This document shows, piece by piece, positions 62,717 through 64,000 of a stretch of 64,000 bases of DNA. Both the position numbers and the translations under genes were made by a program. The stretch is from Utricularia gibba (taxonomy: Eukaryota > Plantae > Magnoliophyta). The DNA lies in contig NEEC01000002.1 in assembly GCA_002189035.1 (NCBI GenBank), forward strand, positions 4,650,001-4,714,000, written 5' to 3'. The notes beneath the pieces are model-generated. The model was not told where the DNA came from. It worked only from the letters and a program-made list of their open reading frames with translations, and made no database searches. The first letter of the stretch is position 1; each line of letters opens with the position of its first letter.

Positions 62717-63105
62717 GCATCTACCGTAGGTGTTAGTTCACATGCCACTTTGCATGTGGGTAGATTAAGCTAGGTATTTTAAACACCACACCACCTACAG
62801 ATCCTTAAGGCATCTTCATACTATTCTAAGTTAGAACCAGTATTTGTTACCTTTTGCATTTAAACCAGATTTCGCTTACTGAACTTGTTTGCCACTGTTG
62901 GTCCGAGCTTAGACTAAGATTTACCATTACTTTGAGTTTTGCATCTACTAAAATGCATGACAAGTACAAGCTCTTTGTGATCGACCCCGAATTCCACTGT
63001 ACACCTTTTATTTATTTGTATTTTGTGAGGATTAGGGCTTATTAATTTATTTGATTAAGAGATTTGCTTTATTTGCAACGACATTGCAAAAATTTCCGTT
63101 TATCA
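62717..63105 (+). mobile_element. 3' part of a related Athila LTR in opposite orientation
   Basis: Ends AATTTCCGTTTATCA (63105) and is inversely homologous to 62133-~62470 (shared TCTTAGTCTAAGCTCGGACCAACAGTGG, GATGCCTTAAGGATCTGTAGGTGGTG). Confidence 0.75.
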
Positions 63106-64000
63106 TGTCTAATCATAAGCCTTGACATGTGGAACATGGGAGTCCTTGGCATGCGAAATCATTAGCGTATCATTGTCAGAGCAGAACTTTTGTGCAAGTC
63201 ACTTCAATTCACAGCAGAACCAAGAGGACATGAAAACTCAGACTCTCATTGAAGTTCAGTTCTTTTCAAACAAAAAGTTTGAGTTGGAAGTTTCAATTTA
63301 GACTTTGTTTCTTTTTCTAGAGGATATTACTCTAGCTTCTCTCTAGAACCTTGCTTTCGTTTTCTTTAGTTTGTATGGCCATTCGCAGCTAGAAACATCC
63401 GTTTTTGGGGTTGGGATACTCTGAGATCTATGTTTCGTTAGTTTATCTTTATCACTTCTTTTAATCCGAATGGCTTTCGTATGTTTTCGCGCGACTATGT
63501 TACAGTCTTTCTGTAACAGTCCCCTTATATAAGATTCATTATTAGCTGATCACTATCTACAAGTTTTGGAGAGAAGCAAGGTGGAGAGAACTCAGACCTT
63601 TTTGGCATGAGGAAGATCTTTTTTTGTCTATGGCCGTACCTCTGGATCAATGGACATATAGTGACATCATATCTGGACTCATTGGGTCATTAACAACACT
63701 CGGGCACACGTGCGCAATTCGACCGTGAGGGTACGTTGGTAGGACCTCTTATCTTCACCTTCATCCAAGGAGGAGCAACGCTGGGCTATTCTCATGCCTT
63801 CTTGCAAGAGTGTAAGGGAGGATAGGCAATTCCTTACTCCTATAACCGAGTACTCGAGAAGATCAAAGAAGAATGGAGACGCAACGAATGTAGCTGGCAG
63901 GATTCCAAACCCAGGAACATTTGTTTTATTTAAGGTTCATCGCTTACGTTTACTTCTGTTGTTTGTTTAAAACCCTCTTACCCCCTTACTCAAGTTTCAT

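Noticed and set aside
63106-64000. Probable further LTR-derived sequence at the right edge
   Set aside because: No termini, PBS/PPT, coding motif or in-window homologue that I can verify, so it is left unannotated.

Overview
Angiosperm nuclear DNA; I found no rRNA, tRNA gene, CRISPR array or prokaryote-like operon. (i) 1-20.5 kb is a nest of decayed LTR retrotransposons (Athila-, Tekay- and Reina-like Ty3/gypsy, plus copia fragments) with three solo LTRs whose TSDs can be read. (ii) 21-35 kb is a gene island: RAD51 (9 exons, 342 aa), ATG1 kinase (13 exons), a conserved plant protein of unknown function, and a COPT/Ctr copper-transporter homologue, with PIF/Harbinger and MULE relics between RAD51 and ATG1. 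(iii) 35.4-40.7 kb is a Tat > Tekay > Angela-LTR nest. (iv) 42-44 kb holds an intact WSD1-type wax ester synthase/DGAT. (v) 45.9-51.4 kb is a two-LTR Ivana-like copia element with a tRNA-Trp-type primer site. (vi) 51.5-56.2 kb is a chimeric pseudogene block: a WG/GW-rich SPT5L/KTF1-like C-terminus, a PPR fragment and a MuDR relic. (vii) 56.7-63.1 kb is a rearranged Athila element. Best leads: the COPT lacks both MxxxM methionines; the AGO-hook SPT5L-like tail was copied at DNA level and its 3' end is duplicated (one copy is the empty site of the copia insertion); the copia appears Trp-primed; and there are templated patchwork and fold-back scars. All gene models and family calls were made by eye from translation and motif recognition, with no database search. 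I cannot claim a wholly new biological system from sequence alone.
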